A DNA stretch of 43,767 nt from a virus (taxonomy: Duplodnaviria > Caudoviricetes), in the IMG/VR virus record IMGVR_UViG_3300024232_000005, positions 1 through 43,767 of that record; one strand, written 5' to 3'. Each line of letters opens with the position of its first letter. The stretch's first letter is position 1. The translations under genes were made by a program, and so were the position numbers. Positions 28,085-37,118 of the stretch are shown here, piece after piece. A model generated the notes under the pieces. The model saw only the letters and a list, made by a program, of their open reading frames with translations. It was not told the origin of the DNA and searched no databases.

Positions 28085-29755
28085 ATGAAAATCATCATCT
28101 TGGCTGCTCTATTGGGCGCGGCTTTCGGCCAAGTTCCGATTCCTGGGCCATTCGCCGGCGGCGGAGGCGGTTCCGGGGGATCTGGCGGGGCCAGCGGCCA
28201 ATATTCCACAGGATCAGCAACCTACGTTGGCACACTTTTCTTGCCGCCTGGTGGCGGGCTCGCGGCGAACGCGACAGAGGCTAGTGTCCAGGGATTAGTC
28301 GCCACTGCTGGAACAATAAGCAACTTCAGCGTTTCTATTCCGGCGGCGCTCGGCGCGGGTAAGACGCTTACGTTCACGTGGCGGAAGAACGGCGCAGATC
28401 AAGCCACTACCTGCGCGATCAGCGGGGCAAGCGCGACGAGCTGCTCAGACGTGACGAACAACTTCGCCATCGCAGTCAATGATTTGATCGACATCAAAGT
28501 CGTTTCGTCAACTTCGCAGGTTGTGGCTGCAATTACGGCTCTCTGGACCACGCCAGGCGTTGCCGGCCCAGTTGGTGCGCAGGGCGCTACGGGTCCAACG
28601 GGAGCCACAGGCGCAACAGGTGCTACCGGAGCCACAGGCGCGACAGGGGCAACCGGATCAACTGGAGCCACGGGTGCTGCCGGATCTGGGAATAACGCGC
28701 TGTGCGTGCCTGTGAGCGCAAGCGGCACTGCCTTTACTTGCCCCACTCCGACACCTACAGTGACCACGCTAGGTGGATTGCTGTTGTCTTTTAAGCCGGA
28801 TGTGAACAGTAGCGGAGCCTTCACGATCAATCCAGCAGGACTCGGGGCCAAGGCGGCGAAGCAATCCGATTGCTCGACCGATGCGACGGTAACGGCGGGT
28901 GTGGTTTATATGTTCGCCTACAACGGGACCGTGTTCTGCCAGGCAGCCGGAACGGGAGGCGTGAACAGCGTTACGGGCGGGTTTGGGATCACGATTGGTG
29001 GTACGGGAACTAATCCATCTGTTGCCGCGAACACGACGGATCTGAGCACGGTCTACTTGCCCAAAGCTGGCGGCACGATGACCGGCATCCTTACCGGGTT
29101 TTCCTCAGTGAGTCATGACGGCGTGGTCTATACATGCGCGGCAGATCCAACGTCGTCGTCCGGGTTTGAAATCGGGTGTAGCCTCGCGGGAGATTTGCGG
29201 TGGTTCAATAATACGAATCGGGTTGTGGGGCTTCATGTGTCTGGATCAGGACAGAACTCGCCAGCTAATCCAAGCGCGGGGATTGCGCATTTTCCTGGCG
29301 GTGGTGATCCGTTTGGATTAACGAGTTCGGCAGTCGTCAGCGCCGACATGAATATTACGACCACAAGTTGCACGGCTCCGGCTGTGGTCACGGCAATCAG
29401 CGCTGGAGGCGTCGGGACATGCACAACGATCCCGGTGACGCAGAATTCGCAATCGGCGGCATACACGACGGTCTTGGGCGATGCGGGGAAGCAGATCTAT
29501 CATCCTGGCGCTGACACGACGGCGCGGACTTGGACCATCGACAGCAACGCGAACGTCGCGTATCCGATCGGCACGGTCATCACGTTCATCAACGATACGA
29601 GCGCTGGGGTAATCACGATTGCGATTACCAGCGACACTCTTGTGCTCGCCGGAGCAGGCACGACAGGATCACGGACGCTGGCAGCAAGCGGAATTGCGAC
29701 CGCGATCAAGATAACAAGCACGCGCTGGATGATCAACGGAACGGGGCTTACTTAA
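28085..29755 (+). CDS. Collagen-containing fibre protein with signal peptide
   Basis: AGGAGA RBS; [15 protein letters not shown]|Q leader; (Gxx)14; [11 protein letters not shown] fibre motif; WMINGTGLT end. Confidence 0.8.
   Translation: MKIIILAALLGAAFGQVPIPGPFAGGGGGSGGSGGASGQYSTGSATYVGTLFLPPGGGLAANATEASVQGLVATAGTISNFSVSIPAALGAGKTLTFTWRKNGADQATTCAISGASATSCSDVTNNFAIAVNDLIDIKVVSSTSQVVAAITALWTTPGVAGPVGAQGATGPTGATGATGATGATGATGATGSTGATGAAGSGNNALCVPVSASGTAFTCPTPTPTVTTLGGLLLSFKPDVNSSGAFTINPAGLGAKAAKQSDCSTDATVTAGVVYMFAYNGTVFCQAAGTGGVNSVTGGFGITIGGTGTNPSVAANTTDLSTVYLPKAGGTMTGILTGFSSVSHDGVVYTCAADPTSSSGFEIGCSLAGDLRWFNNTNRVVGLHVSGSGQNSPANPSAGIAHFPGGGDPFGLTSSAVVSADMNITTTSCTAPAVVTAISAGGVGTCTTIPVTQNSQSAAYTTVLGDAGKQIYHPGADTTARTWTIDSNANVAYPIGTVITFINDTSAGVITIAITSDTLVLAGAGTTGSRTLAASGIATAIKITSTRWMINGTGLT
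28556..28681 (+). repeat. Collagen-like Gly-X-Y repeat (14 triplets, mostly GAT)
   Basis: [15 protein letters not shown] (GAT)6 GST GAT GAA. Confidence 0.9.
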
Positions 29756-29759
29756 ATCC

Positions 29760-30623
29760 ATGAAACGATTTATCGCGTTCATTTTTGCGACTGCGTTGTG
29801 TTTCGCCCAACGCGGCCAGCAGTTGTTGATTTCCCAGAAGATCTCAGCGGTGTCCTACACCGGCCCCGGCGACATCATTACCACCAACACGCTCGCTTGG
29901 TGGGGGCTGCGGGCATGGAGCGCGGCGACACGCGGCAACGCAGCGGCGAATGTCTGTGACTCAGGGGATGCTCACTGCGTAGATGCGTTGACCGACGCCA
30001 CCACGGGGAACTTGATCGTTCCGTCCTCGAATCCGAACTGCGGATCTTCAGCCTGTACGGTGAAGAAGCTCTATGACCAGACAGCGGGCGGGAACTGCGG
30101 AGGGTCTTGCGATCTTGTGCAGGCGACGGAAGCGAATCGCCCAGTACTGACCACGAGCTGCATAGGTTCCCTTACGTGTATGACATGGACTGCATCACAG
30201 ACTTTACTTTCGGCGGCAGGAACAACTACTGTCAATGATCCATTTACGTTTTCTACTGTAGTTATTAGAACAGCTTCAGGGACCGGAAACCCTCTGATTA
30301 TAGGTGTGGAAAACGGTCAAGTGCAGTTATCATTTTTTTTAACTGCCAATACGGTTTTTGGTTATGGCGGCAATGCGGTTTTTGGAACCGCTGCCGATAA
30401 TTCATTTCACGCGATGCAAATGTTGTTCAACGGGGCTAGCGCCAACTTGTACATTGATGGGACTCCAAACACAGGTAACGATGGAGGAACTGTGCTTGCA
30501 GGTAAACTATGCATGAGCATTGGAGTTGTGGGGTCTTCCACAGAAGGCGGAATGTGGTCCGCCGACAAGTCGGCAAACTTCTCAGCCCTGAATTCAAATC
30601 AACATACCTACTGGGGTTTTTAA
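29760..30623 (+). CDS. Secreted-type lectin/ConA-like (arabinofuranosidase-B-like) receptor-binding protein
   Basis: MKRFIAFIFATALCFA|Q leader; WWGLRA, VKKLYDQT, LVQATEANRP, LYIDG motifs. Confidence 0.65.
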   Translation: MKRFIAFIFATALCFAQRGQQLLISQKISAVSYTGPGDIITTNTLAWWGLRAWSAATRGNAAANVCDSGDAHCVDALTDATTGNLIVPSSNPNCGSSACTVKKLYDQTAGGNCGGSCDLVQATEANRPVLTTSCIGSLTCMTWTASQTLLSAAGTTTVNDPFTFSTVVIRTASGTGNPLIIGVENGQVQLSFFLTANTVFGYGGNAVFGTAADNSFHAMQMLFNGASANLYIDGTPNTGNDGGTVLAGKLCMSIGVVGSSTEGGMWSADKSANFSALNSNQHTYWGF

Positions 30624-33600
30624 TGCGTTCTGCTCTACTGCTATTGGCGTCAACTCTGGCGTTTGCGAATTATCCCAATCAGACCTCGCTTCTGCTCGAT
30701 GCGAACAAGAACACCGTCTCGGTCACGGATCTTGGCTCGGTAGGGACGACGGAAACAATCACGTTCGATGCCCCTGCAAGCGGCCATCGCCTGCGGGTGA
30801 CGTTCACGCCGATCAACGTCCCGCCGAAGATCAGGGATACCTATACGGCTTGTCCTGATCCTTGTTCTTCAAGCTTCTTTCGCAATTGGGGGGTGCAGTA
30901 CAGGAAGTCAAAAGAAGGCGTAGCGACCACAGCCACGCAAACCACGGTCGGGTCCACAACGATTGTCGTGGCATCGGCAACCGGAATCGTTAACGGGATG
31001 CGCGTTGAAGGTCCGGGGTTTGCCGACGAGAAGATCGGCGACACGCTTGTCACTAATGTCAGTGGAACAACGATCACGATCTCACGCGTAACCACAGGCT
31101 CTATGACCGCAGCCGATGTGTTCTTCGTAAGTGGCGAGAGCGCTATGATCCCGATGGGGCAGCTTGAAGCGAGCGCTCCAGCGGTCGGTGCATGGAAGAT
31201 GCCTATCGTCGCAGTCGGGCAGGACAACTACGCCCAGCACGTCCAGGTTTCGGTTCCCGGATCGGTCGGGTCAAGCATCCGAATGCACGTGCGTGCAGAC
31301 AATCTCGGATACGGCGCCCAGATCCAAGTCGATGGGAAGATTTCGGTTCAGATCAATTCCTGCGCGTGGCAACCACTCGTGAACACCGCCGTCACTCCGA
31401 TTGACGAAATTTCCAAATGGTACGGCCAGTCGAGCGCGGTTGCGGGTACGGGAGTTTTCCGGCCAGTAGGCGGCGCGGTTCAGATGCTGGATTTGACGAT
31501 CCCGATTACGAACGGCTGCCTGACGACCGGAACGAACACAATAGGCTTCAAGTTCAACGGCACGGACGGCGTGACTTCGGGGGCGACCATCATCGATTTC
31601 AACTTCTTCGAGTCCTCTAACGTGCTACTCACGCAGGCGGTCGTATTGAGCAACGTAGCGACTTGGACCACCAGCGGGGCGCACGGATGGAGCACCGGCG
31701 ATTGGGTGTATATCCGCGATGCGCCAGGGCCGCGAGGCCGGCTGAACGGAAATTATCAGATAACCGTCACGGACTCGACGCATTTTCAGACCGCCACTTG
31801 TGGCGATGCCACGGTGTCGATGATCACCTGTACCGCGCCAAACGGGACGTACGTAGTTCCAACTTCCTACTACACAACCGGCTCTTGCTCCCCGCAGTCG
31901 AATTGCATGTATGCCACGCCTCCGGCGATGTATGCCTCTCGGGAACTGATTCCGTTCTCACAGTTCACGCAGGAGAATCCAGCGACCTATGCTGCGCCAG
32001 CGAGCGGCAACGCAACCAACGGGAAAACATACTGGGACACGGCTACGCTCGTGCTACCGAATTCGCCGTACTTCAACTACGCGAGTAATTCAACCGTGCA
32101 TTGCGGGAGTTGCCACTTCAAGGACGGCAGCGATCTGAAATATTTCGCATACTCGAATCATCGAATTGAGCAACGCACGATCTTTCATGGGGGAACTTGG
32201 CAGAACGCGCTCGATGTTGCCGCTTACATCCGGGGAATCTCTATCACTGTCCCCGCGATCGCGCGTCCGTGGGTTCCTCCGCTTCAGCCGTTTCCCGGCC
32301 TCGATGCGGCAGGAGTCGATGCGCTACTCGCTGGTGGCGGGTTGGACGCCTACACTTCCTACGATCACGACTTGCCTGAGTTTTGGTATCCAGGGGGATC
32401 GTTCGCGAGCTGGGCAGTGACTGCTATCCCGGCACTCCATGAACTGCCTTACTCGTTCCTTTTCCTGCCGTGGAACAAATGGCTGCCGGCGATTCATCCG
32501 AGCGACTACTTCCCCAACTTCGCGAGTTCCGTTTATGGCCAATGCGCGGATGCGGCCTACGCCGCAGTGACTCCGGGAGACCTGACTTCGTTTTTCAACT
32601 TCTCCTGCGGCGGTGGGAACCACTACATGATAGATATTGCGCAGTCGTTCCTGAATTGGCAGGACACGGTGAACATCATGAAGTTCAACCCGGCGCTTTT
32701 GGACAGGGCGGGCATTGTGCGTCCATCTCCGTATATCCTAGCTCTTTACTCCTCCGGCAACTGGGGCCAGGTAAAGGTGATTGAGATTACTAAGTTATTC
32801 GGTTTTGAGAGTAGCCTCGGCGCTGAGTACACATCAATCTTCGGAGCCAGTGCAAATGGATACTACACCACGGGTTACATCGGCTCAACCATGCTATTCG
32901 ACGCCTCGCCTCACCTGAATGGCCTGCCGACTGATCATGGCCTTTTCAATGACACTTACGAAGCGTGGGCGTACGCGAGTAATTGGCAATACCTAGCGAC
33001 TGCTGTAGCCGATTGCGGCAACCGGCAAGAGAATGGAGCTGGTCCAATCGACACGAACTACCTTCAGGCATTCGTCGCAGACGCAGCGCGGGTGAGAGCA
33101 GCCAGTATCCAGGTAAACGTAAACGCCCGGTATATGGGCGCGTGCGGGATAGAATACCCGTTGAACGTGATTGTTTGGGGCGTGAATGCGGGGAACAGCA
33201 TTCTGACAGCCGCATATCAGCAAAACGCGGTATTCGACTCATTGGCCGACCGGACGGTTTACCTCACCGGTATGGCGCAGACTTGGACCAACACGCTGAA
33301 TTCCAAGCCACCGTCTTATTGGCTAAACGCATTCGGATCTCAACCGGCGACCTGTTGCACGTCGCAGGAACTATTCGACGCCGGATTCGCAGGAGCGCTC
33401 AATAGAATCGGAGCTTCTCTGGCGTTCGCGCTGCCGATCATGCGAGAAACAGGCGTGGATAATACGACGCTGACGAATCTCGCAAACGCTCTCCAAACGA
33501 TCTATCCGCTGGTCGGCGGGAATCGAAACTTCATCACCCAGGATCGGGATGCCACGTGCGGTACGTGGACGGGCGCTCCGAATGCCGGTGGGAATCCCGT

Positions 33601-33637
33601 TCAGGATTACATCCGGTGCAATAACACGTTTCCTTAG
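30623..33637 (+). CDS. Large secreted-type multidomain protein with single CxxCH haem-c motif
   Basis: MRSALLLLASTLAFA leader (TAATG coupling); phage-tail-like beta domains; GNATNGKTYW...CGSCH at 32102-32116. Confidence 0.75.
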   Translation: MRSALLLLASTLAFANYPNQTSLLLDANKNTVSVTDLGSVGTTETITFDAPASGHRLRVTFTPINVPPKIRDTYTACPDPCSSSFFRNWGVQYRKSKEGVATTATQTTVGSTTIVVASATGIVNGMRVEGPGFADEKIGDTLVTNVSGTTITISRVTTGSMTAADVFFVSGESAMIPMGQLEASAPAVGAWKMPIVAVGQDNYAQHVQVSVPGSVGSSIRMHVRADNLGYGAQIQVDGKISVQINSCAWQPLVNTAVTPIDEISKWYGQSSAVAGTGVFRPVGGAVQMLDLTIPITNGCLTTGTNTIGFKFNGTDGVTSGATIIDFNFFESSNVLLTQAVVLSNVATWTTSGAHGWSTGDWVYIRDAPGPRGRLNGNYQITVTDSTHFQTATCGDATVSMITCTAPNGTYVVPTSYYTTGSCSPQSNCMYATPPAMYASRELIPFSQFTQENPATYAAPASGNATNGKTYWDTATLVLPNSPYFNYASNSTVHCGSCHFKDGSDLKYFAYSNHRIEQRTIFHGGTWQNALDVAAYIRGISITVPAIARPWVPPLQPFPGLDAAGVDALLAGGGLDAYTSYDHDLPEFWYPGGSFASWAVTAIPALHELPYSFLFLPWNKWLPAIHPSDYFPNFASSVYGQCADAAYAAVTPGDLTSFFNFSCGGGNHYMIDIAQSFLNWQDTVNIMKFNPALLDRAGIVRPSPYILALYSSGNWGQVKVIEITKLFGFESSLGAEYTSIFGASANGYYTTGYIGSTMLFDASPHLNGLPTDHGLFNDTYEAWAYASNWQYLATAVADCGNRQENGAGPIDTNYLQAFVADAARVRAASIQVNVNARYMGACGIEYPLNVIVWGVNAGNSILTAAYQQNAVFDSLADRTVYLTGMAQTWTNTLNSKPPSYWLNAFGSQPATCCTSQELFDAGFAGALNRIGASLAFALPIMRETGVDNTTLTNLANALQTIYPLVGGNRNFITQDRDATCGTWTGAPNAGGNPVQDYIRCNNTFP

Positions 33638-33768
33638 TCAATCTTCCCGCAGTTTCCGCACCGCTTCTCGCCCGAGAACAGCATGTCAACCGAGCGCCGG
33701 CCGCAGTTCGGACACTGTTGCGGGTAGAGCGTGAAGAATTCGCGGATGCGGCGGAGGAGGATGGTCAT
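33634..33768 (-). CDS. 44-aa Zn-ribbon protein (not in ORF track)
   Basis: MTILLRRIREFFTLYPQQCPNCGRR...RCGNCGKID; ATGA coupling. Confidence 0.6.
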   Translation of the reverse strand: MTILLRRIREFFTLYPQQCPNCGRRSVDMLFSGEKRCGNCGKID

Positions 33769-33890
33769 TTCGGCGGCTTCTCTTTTCGTACTGCCTTAAA
33801 AATAGCGTCCCTGACCGCGAAAGCGGATACCAGGATCGTCACGCACAGGCCCGTGAAGATGAAAATGATGTCGGCTCCGGTTATTGGCAT
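33765..33890 (-). CDS. 41-aa single-TM protein
   Basis: MPITGADIIFIFTGLCVTILVSAFAVR... Confidence 0.55.
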   Translation of the reverse strand: MPITGADIIFIFTGLCVTILVSAFAVRDAIFKAVRKEKPPK

Positions 33891-34021
33891 GGTGGGCCCG
33901 GCTTCTCCAGCTTGCGGGCGATGTCGCGAAGGGCATTGCGGATGGTTCCAAGCCGAACATAAACCGCCACAATCCACACGATGATTGTCAGCATCCCCAA
34001 AAATTTAATGTCATCCGTCAT
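33881..34021 (-). CDS. 46-aa single-TM protein
   Basis: MTDDIKFLGMLTIIVWIVAVYVR...; GGAGG RBS. Confidence 0.6.
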   Translation of the reverse strand: MTDDIKFLGMLTIIVWIVAVYVRLGTIRNALRDIARKLEKPGPPCQ

Positions 34022-34158
34022 CCCGCCCTCCGTTGAGGCTTGGGCTTGGGGGCGCGGTAATCGCGTAAATCTCCTGCAAGCGCTACTACAAACGCGCCTA
34101 GCATGAATCCAGCAGCGGAAAACACGAAGCAAGCATAAACTATGCGGTCGGTTTCCAT
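34018..34158 (-). CDS. 46-aa single-TM protein (not in ORF track)
   Basis: METDRIVYACFVFSAAGFMLGAFVVALAG...; AAGGA RBS. Confidence 0.6.
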   Translation of the reverse strand: METDRIVYACFVFSAAGFMLGAFVVALAGDLRDYRAPKPKPQRRAG

Positions 34159-34194
34159 CTCAATCCTTTCCTTCCGCCCTTGCGAGTCGGCGGG

Positions 34195-34428
34195 TCATTC
34201 ACTGCCCTTCCATATCCACCTAACGGCTGCGATCAATCCTACTCCGGCCCACATAGCCGCAGCAGTCAATGCAGCAGCCATATACGATCTCCATACGAAC
34301 TGGAACGAGTAGATGTCTTGCTCCCTCAGATCATATTCGCTGAGCACGTGGATTAAGACCACATTCCTGAACACAAAGAATAGAGTCACAGCCAAGCAAG
34401 CGAGAGCAATGCGAGCGAGGCGGGTCAT
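34195..34428 (-). CDS. 77-aa two-TM protein
   Basis: Two hydrophobic segments; AAGGA RBS. Confidence 0.6.
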   Translation of the reverse strand: MTRLARIALACLAVTLFFVFRNVVLIHVLSEYDLREQDIYSFQFVWRSYMAAALTAAAMWAGVGLIAAVRWIWKGSE

Positions 34429-34556
34429 TTGGATGATTCCTTTCGCTTCGCGCAGTGAACGCGAGCATCGCGGGCTGATGGGCACTTGCGACCGCAGGTA
34501 CCGCAGTGGGTAGGCTTCGGCGGATGGCCGCGTTTGCGTTTTATTGGACGCTTCAT
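34425..34556 (-). CDS. 43-aa basic Zn-finger peptide (not in ORF track)
   Basis: MKRPIKRKRGHPPKPTHCGTCGRKCPSARDARVHC...; ATGA coupling at both ends. Confidence 0.6.
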   Translation of the reverse strand: MKRPIKRKRGHPPKPTHCGTCGRKCPSARDARVHCAKRKESSK

Positions 34557-34777
34557 CGGCAGTAGTACCCCCGCAACTGTCGAAGGCTGTCTAGAACTTT
34601 CCTGATTTCTGTTTTCCCGACGCCGCTGTGGTCGGCGACCAAGACCAAGATGGCCCGTTCGTTAACTCCCGATTGCTTGAGTTTTTCAAATCCCTGGCCG
34701 ATTCGGATGATCGCTTCGGCTAGAATTTCGGTACTCTCTGGTTTCTCCGCATTTTTCTTCACTGAAACATGGGGCAT
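34553..34777 (-). CDS. Hypothetical protein, first gene of minus-strand operon
   Basis: ATG 6 nt downstream of a -10 box (leaderless). Confidence 0.7.
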   Translation of the reverse strand: MPHVSVKKNAEKPESTEILAEAIIRIGQGFEKLKQSGVNERAILVLVADHSGVGKTEIRKVLDSLRQLRGYYCR

Positions 34778-34783
34778 ACGAAT

Positions 34784-34850
34784 ACATTACACCAATTCAT
34801 CATTTTGTGCAATCTATTTCCTTGACATCTTTCCCGACCTCCTTCATACT
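34784..34850. promoter_or_regulatory. Divergent sigma70-like promoter pair
   Basis: Plus: TTGACA(34822)-N17-CATACT; minus: TTGCAC(34812)-N17-TAATGT. Confidence 0.7.
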
Positions 34851-34906
34851 GACAATCGAGGCCACTCAATGCAACTCAACATGAACGAGATCGCGGAGGT
34901 GCAGGG

Positions 34907-35305
34907 ATGCTGAAGGAACTGGACGATTACGATTGGGCAGAGGTATTCGGCGAAGGCAGCGGTGGCAACTGCTCGGCGATTAAGCCAATCATCGCTCCTG
35001 GTGATCCTGTGGCGCCCGAGACATTCACTCGGGAAGATGTTGCTGAGATTCGCGGGCAGATCGAAGGCGATAACTTGGGACCAAGTTGGATCGTCTGGGG
35101 CCAGTTGAAGGATGGCCGCTGGTTTTTTGCCGAGGGTTCGTGCGATTACACAGGGTGGGATTGCCAAGCTGGCAATGGTGGCTCGGTCGCATCAACTGAA
35201 GATCTTCTGCTTCGGTTTGGCATGAGCGATTCAGACCGTGAGCGCTTCGGAATTGCGCTAACGCCACCTCCTGAGATCGCGGCGGTTCCGCAGGGCGGGG
35301 AGTAG
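34907..35305 (+). CDS. Hypothetical phage protein
   Basis: GGAGG RBS; LKDGRWFF...CDYTGWDCQ motif. Confidence 0.75.
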   Translation: MLKELDDYDWAEVFGEGSGGNCSAIKPIIAPGDPVAPETFTREDVAEIRGQIEGDNLGPSWIVWGQLKDGRWFFAEGSCDYTGWDCQAGNGGSVASTEDLLLRFGMSDSDRERFGIALTPPPEIAAVPQGGE

Positions 35306-35307
35306 TT

Positions 35308-35535
35308 GTGACCCTGCCGACGCCTGAGCAGATCGAGGAGCGGGTGTGTCAAAGCGATGGGATGCGGTACATGAGCAATCCAGCGCAGCTTCGTTGCAAA
35401 ATATGCGGCGCATATTGGTCCCAGGAACGCGAACAGCCACCGCGCTGCGCTGGCGTCGGCACGATCCCACAATCAAGTTATAGCACTACAATCAAACAAG
35501 GAGAAACTGATGTACCCAGTACAGATCCCCGGTAA
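35308..35535 (+). CDS. Hypothetical protein
   Basis: GGGGAG RBS; CKIC. Confidence 0.45.
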   Translation: MTLPTPEQIEERVCQSDGMRYMSNPAQLRCKICGAYWSQEREQPPRCAGVGTIPQSSYSTTIKQGETDVPSTDPR

Positions 35536-36097
35536 CACCTTCGCTGACCAGTATAATCGGGCGTACCTGCAATCTCTGACGCCTGATGTTTTCTACGGCC
35601 TGTGGGCCACTTCCGGTTCTTTCGGAATCCCTATGACGGGTACTCCGATGGACGCCGCGCAACGCATTCAGGCGGCTTACGCGCTTGCTGGTAAGGGAGC
35701 AAAAGTCACGCTGGCCGACATGACCGCGCGTGCTCCATACGATGTGATGCGCGATTACATCACGGACGGCTACAAGGTGTTCGGATACCTGCTTGAGGGA
35801 ACCGCTGACTGGGCGATGTCGCCTCCGGGGCAATCGCTGCCAGGGCTGCCCGCTTACGATCCGACTGGGCACACGGGAATCGTGGCGTTTACTCCGCTGC
35901 CAGCTCCGTACAGCGGTCCAGTAGTTGAGCCTACCAAGTATGTCGGCCTGCGGGCGAACAATGACAACGGTGGCGAGTACAATGGCATCAACGGCGCAGA
36001 AACGAAGTTCGTCGTCGGCGAAGCAACCGTGCAGGACGGAATCCAGTACGTATTCATCGGCGGCAATCCCTGCTGGCAGCTGGTTGGAAGGGCTTAG
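35510..36097 (+). CDS. Hypothetical protein
   Basis: AAGGAG RBS; 195 aa. Confidence 0.75.
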   Translation: MYPVQIPGNTFADQYNRAYLQSLTPDVFYGLWATSGSFGIPMTGTPMDAAQRIQAAYALAGKGAKVTLADMTARAPYDVMRDYITDGYKVFGYLLEGTADWAMSPPGQSLPGLPAYDPTGHTGIVAFTPLPAPYSGPVVEPTKYVGLRANNDNGGEYNGINGAETKFVVGEATVQDGIQYVFIGGNPCWQLVGRA

Positions 36098-36101
36098 GTG
36101 G

Positions 36102-36488
36102 GTGACCAAGAGAATACATCCAGATAATGCTTATCTTCCTGGAATTTGTGCAGGGTGTGGTAGCTCCTTCCGTGCATTGAAGTATGAGGTGGCTAGAGGT
36201 AGGGCGAGATATTGTTCTCGCCTTTGCCTTGTAAAACTACACCCAACAATAGGTACCCACGGGGCATCTGGTGAGGGAAAACCTCCGGTATCTATTAGGA
36301 GAAAATGTAGAGACGCTTTGAATTCAGCAATCAGACGCGGTAGGATTAATCGACCGTCGGCGTGTTCTGTTTGTGGATCTGAAAATGATGTTCAAGCCCA
36401 CCACGAAGATTATGAAAGACCGCTCGATGTTGTGTGGTTATGCCTGAAATGCCATAGAGCTACTCATTGGCAACTCGGCAGGGCGTAG
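36102..36488 (+). CDS. HNH-type Zn-finger endonuclease
   Basis: CAGCG...YCSRLC and CSVCG...AHHEDY..PLDVVWLCLKCH; more AT-rich than flanks. Confidence 0.75.
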   Translation: MTKRIHPDNAYLPGICAGCGSSFRALKYEVARGRARYCSRLCLVKLHPTIGTHGASGEGKPPVSIRRKCRDALNSAIRRGRINRPSACSVCGSENDVQAHHEDYERPLDVVWLCLKCHRATHWQLGRA

Positions 36489-36491
36489 GGA

Positions 36492-36713
36492 CGGCGCGAA
36501 AGCGCTGGAAGGTTAGATCTTTTCAAAGGACGTAGTACTAGGAGAGGGATGCGCCATAGAGTTAAAAATGCGCCCGATCTGTACCGGGGAACCATGGTCT
36601 ACCCCGAACGCGAACGAAAGGTAATACGCGTGAAGTCAATCAGGCTTGCCGTGTCTAGTCTTTCACACATCTGGTTATGCGGGTGTGGCGGGTAACCGCA
36701 CTGGACACGGCAA
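36492..36713 (+). ncRNA. Candidate structured RNA (may overlap a 48-aa ORF 36549..36695)
   Basis: 14-bp stem 36646-59/36700-13 enclosing two hairpins; additional GNRA hairpins. Confidence 0.4.
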
Positions 36714-36739
36714 ATTCAATTTCAATATACGGAGGAACG

Positions 36740-36940
36740 ATGAGCAAATGGACTCCATCCCGCGCCCGCCGACTATGGCTCAGCCTTCCGGAGGGTGAGC
36801 GCGTACGCTTGGGATCGCTGATTGCGAATCCTCCTGTTGAACTGGAACCGGCGAAGCTGATCGCGGAGGATCGTTGCCCGATTCAGGCGTTGACGGAATC
36901 GGAAAATAAAGCTTTGCTGGCGTCGCTGACTCTGGGATAA
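36740..36940 (+). CDS. Hypothetical protein
   Basis: GGAGG RBS. Confidence 0.65.
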   Translation: MSKWTPSRARRLWLSLPEGERVRLGSLIANPPVELEPAKLIAEDRCPIQALTESENKALLASLTLG

Positions 36941-36947
36941 TAGACCG

Positions 36948-37118
36948 ATGAAGTCGCTACTGATAGTCGCCGCGCTCTCGCTCACCGGATGCATGTTCCA
37001 CAACGTGCACACCAACACCGCGCTCGACCGTACGGTGTGCCCCGATCCGCCTCCGGTTCATCCCGACGCGATCATTGGTTCGACGCCGTGCAAAGTTTTA
37101 CCGGAAGCACAAAAGTAA
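36948..37118 (+). CDS. Small Pro-rich lipoprotein (o-spanin-like; not in ORF track)
   Basis: MKSLLIVAALSLTG|C lipobox; CPDPPP. Confidence 0.65.
   Translation: MKSLLIVAALSLTGCMFHNVHTNTALDRTVCPDPPPVHPDAIIGSTPCKVLPEAQK

Noticed and set aside
28556-28681. Tandem repeats as a CRISPR array or DGR repeat
   Set aside because: They are 9-bp-period collagen codons; no spacers, cas genes or reverse transcriptase are seen in the window
30509-30622. Upstream in-frame starts given by the ORF track (30509; likewise 27932, 13373, 17362)
   Set aside because: They overlap upstream genes; downstream ATGs have RBS or stop-start coupling and, in three cases, expose signal peptides
36102-36713. Group I intron containing the HNH gene
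   Set aside because: No interrupted host ORF and no recognisable P7 core motifs
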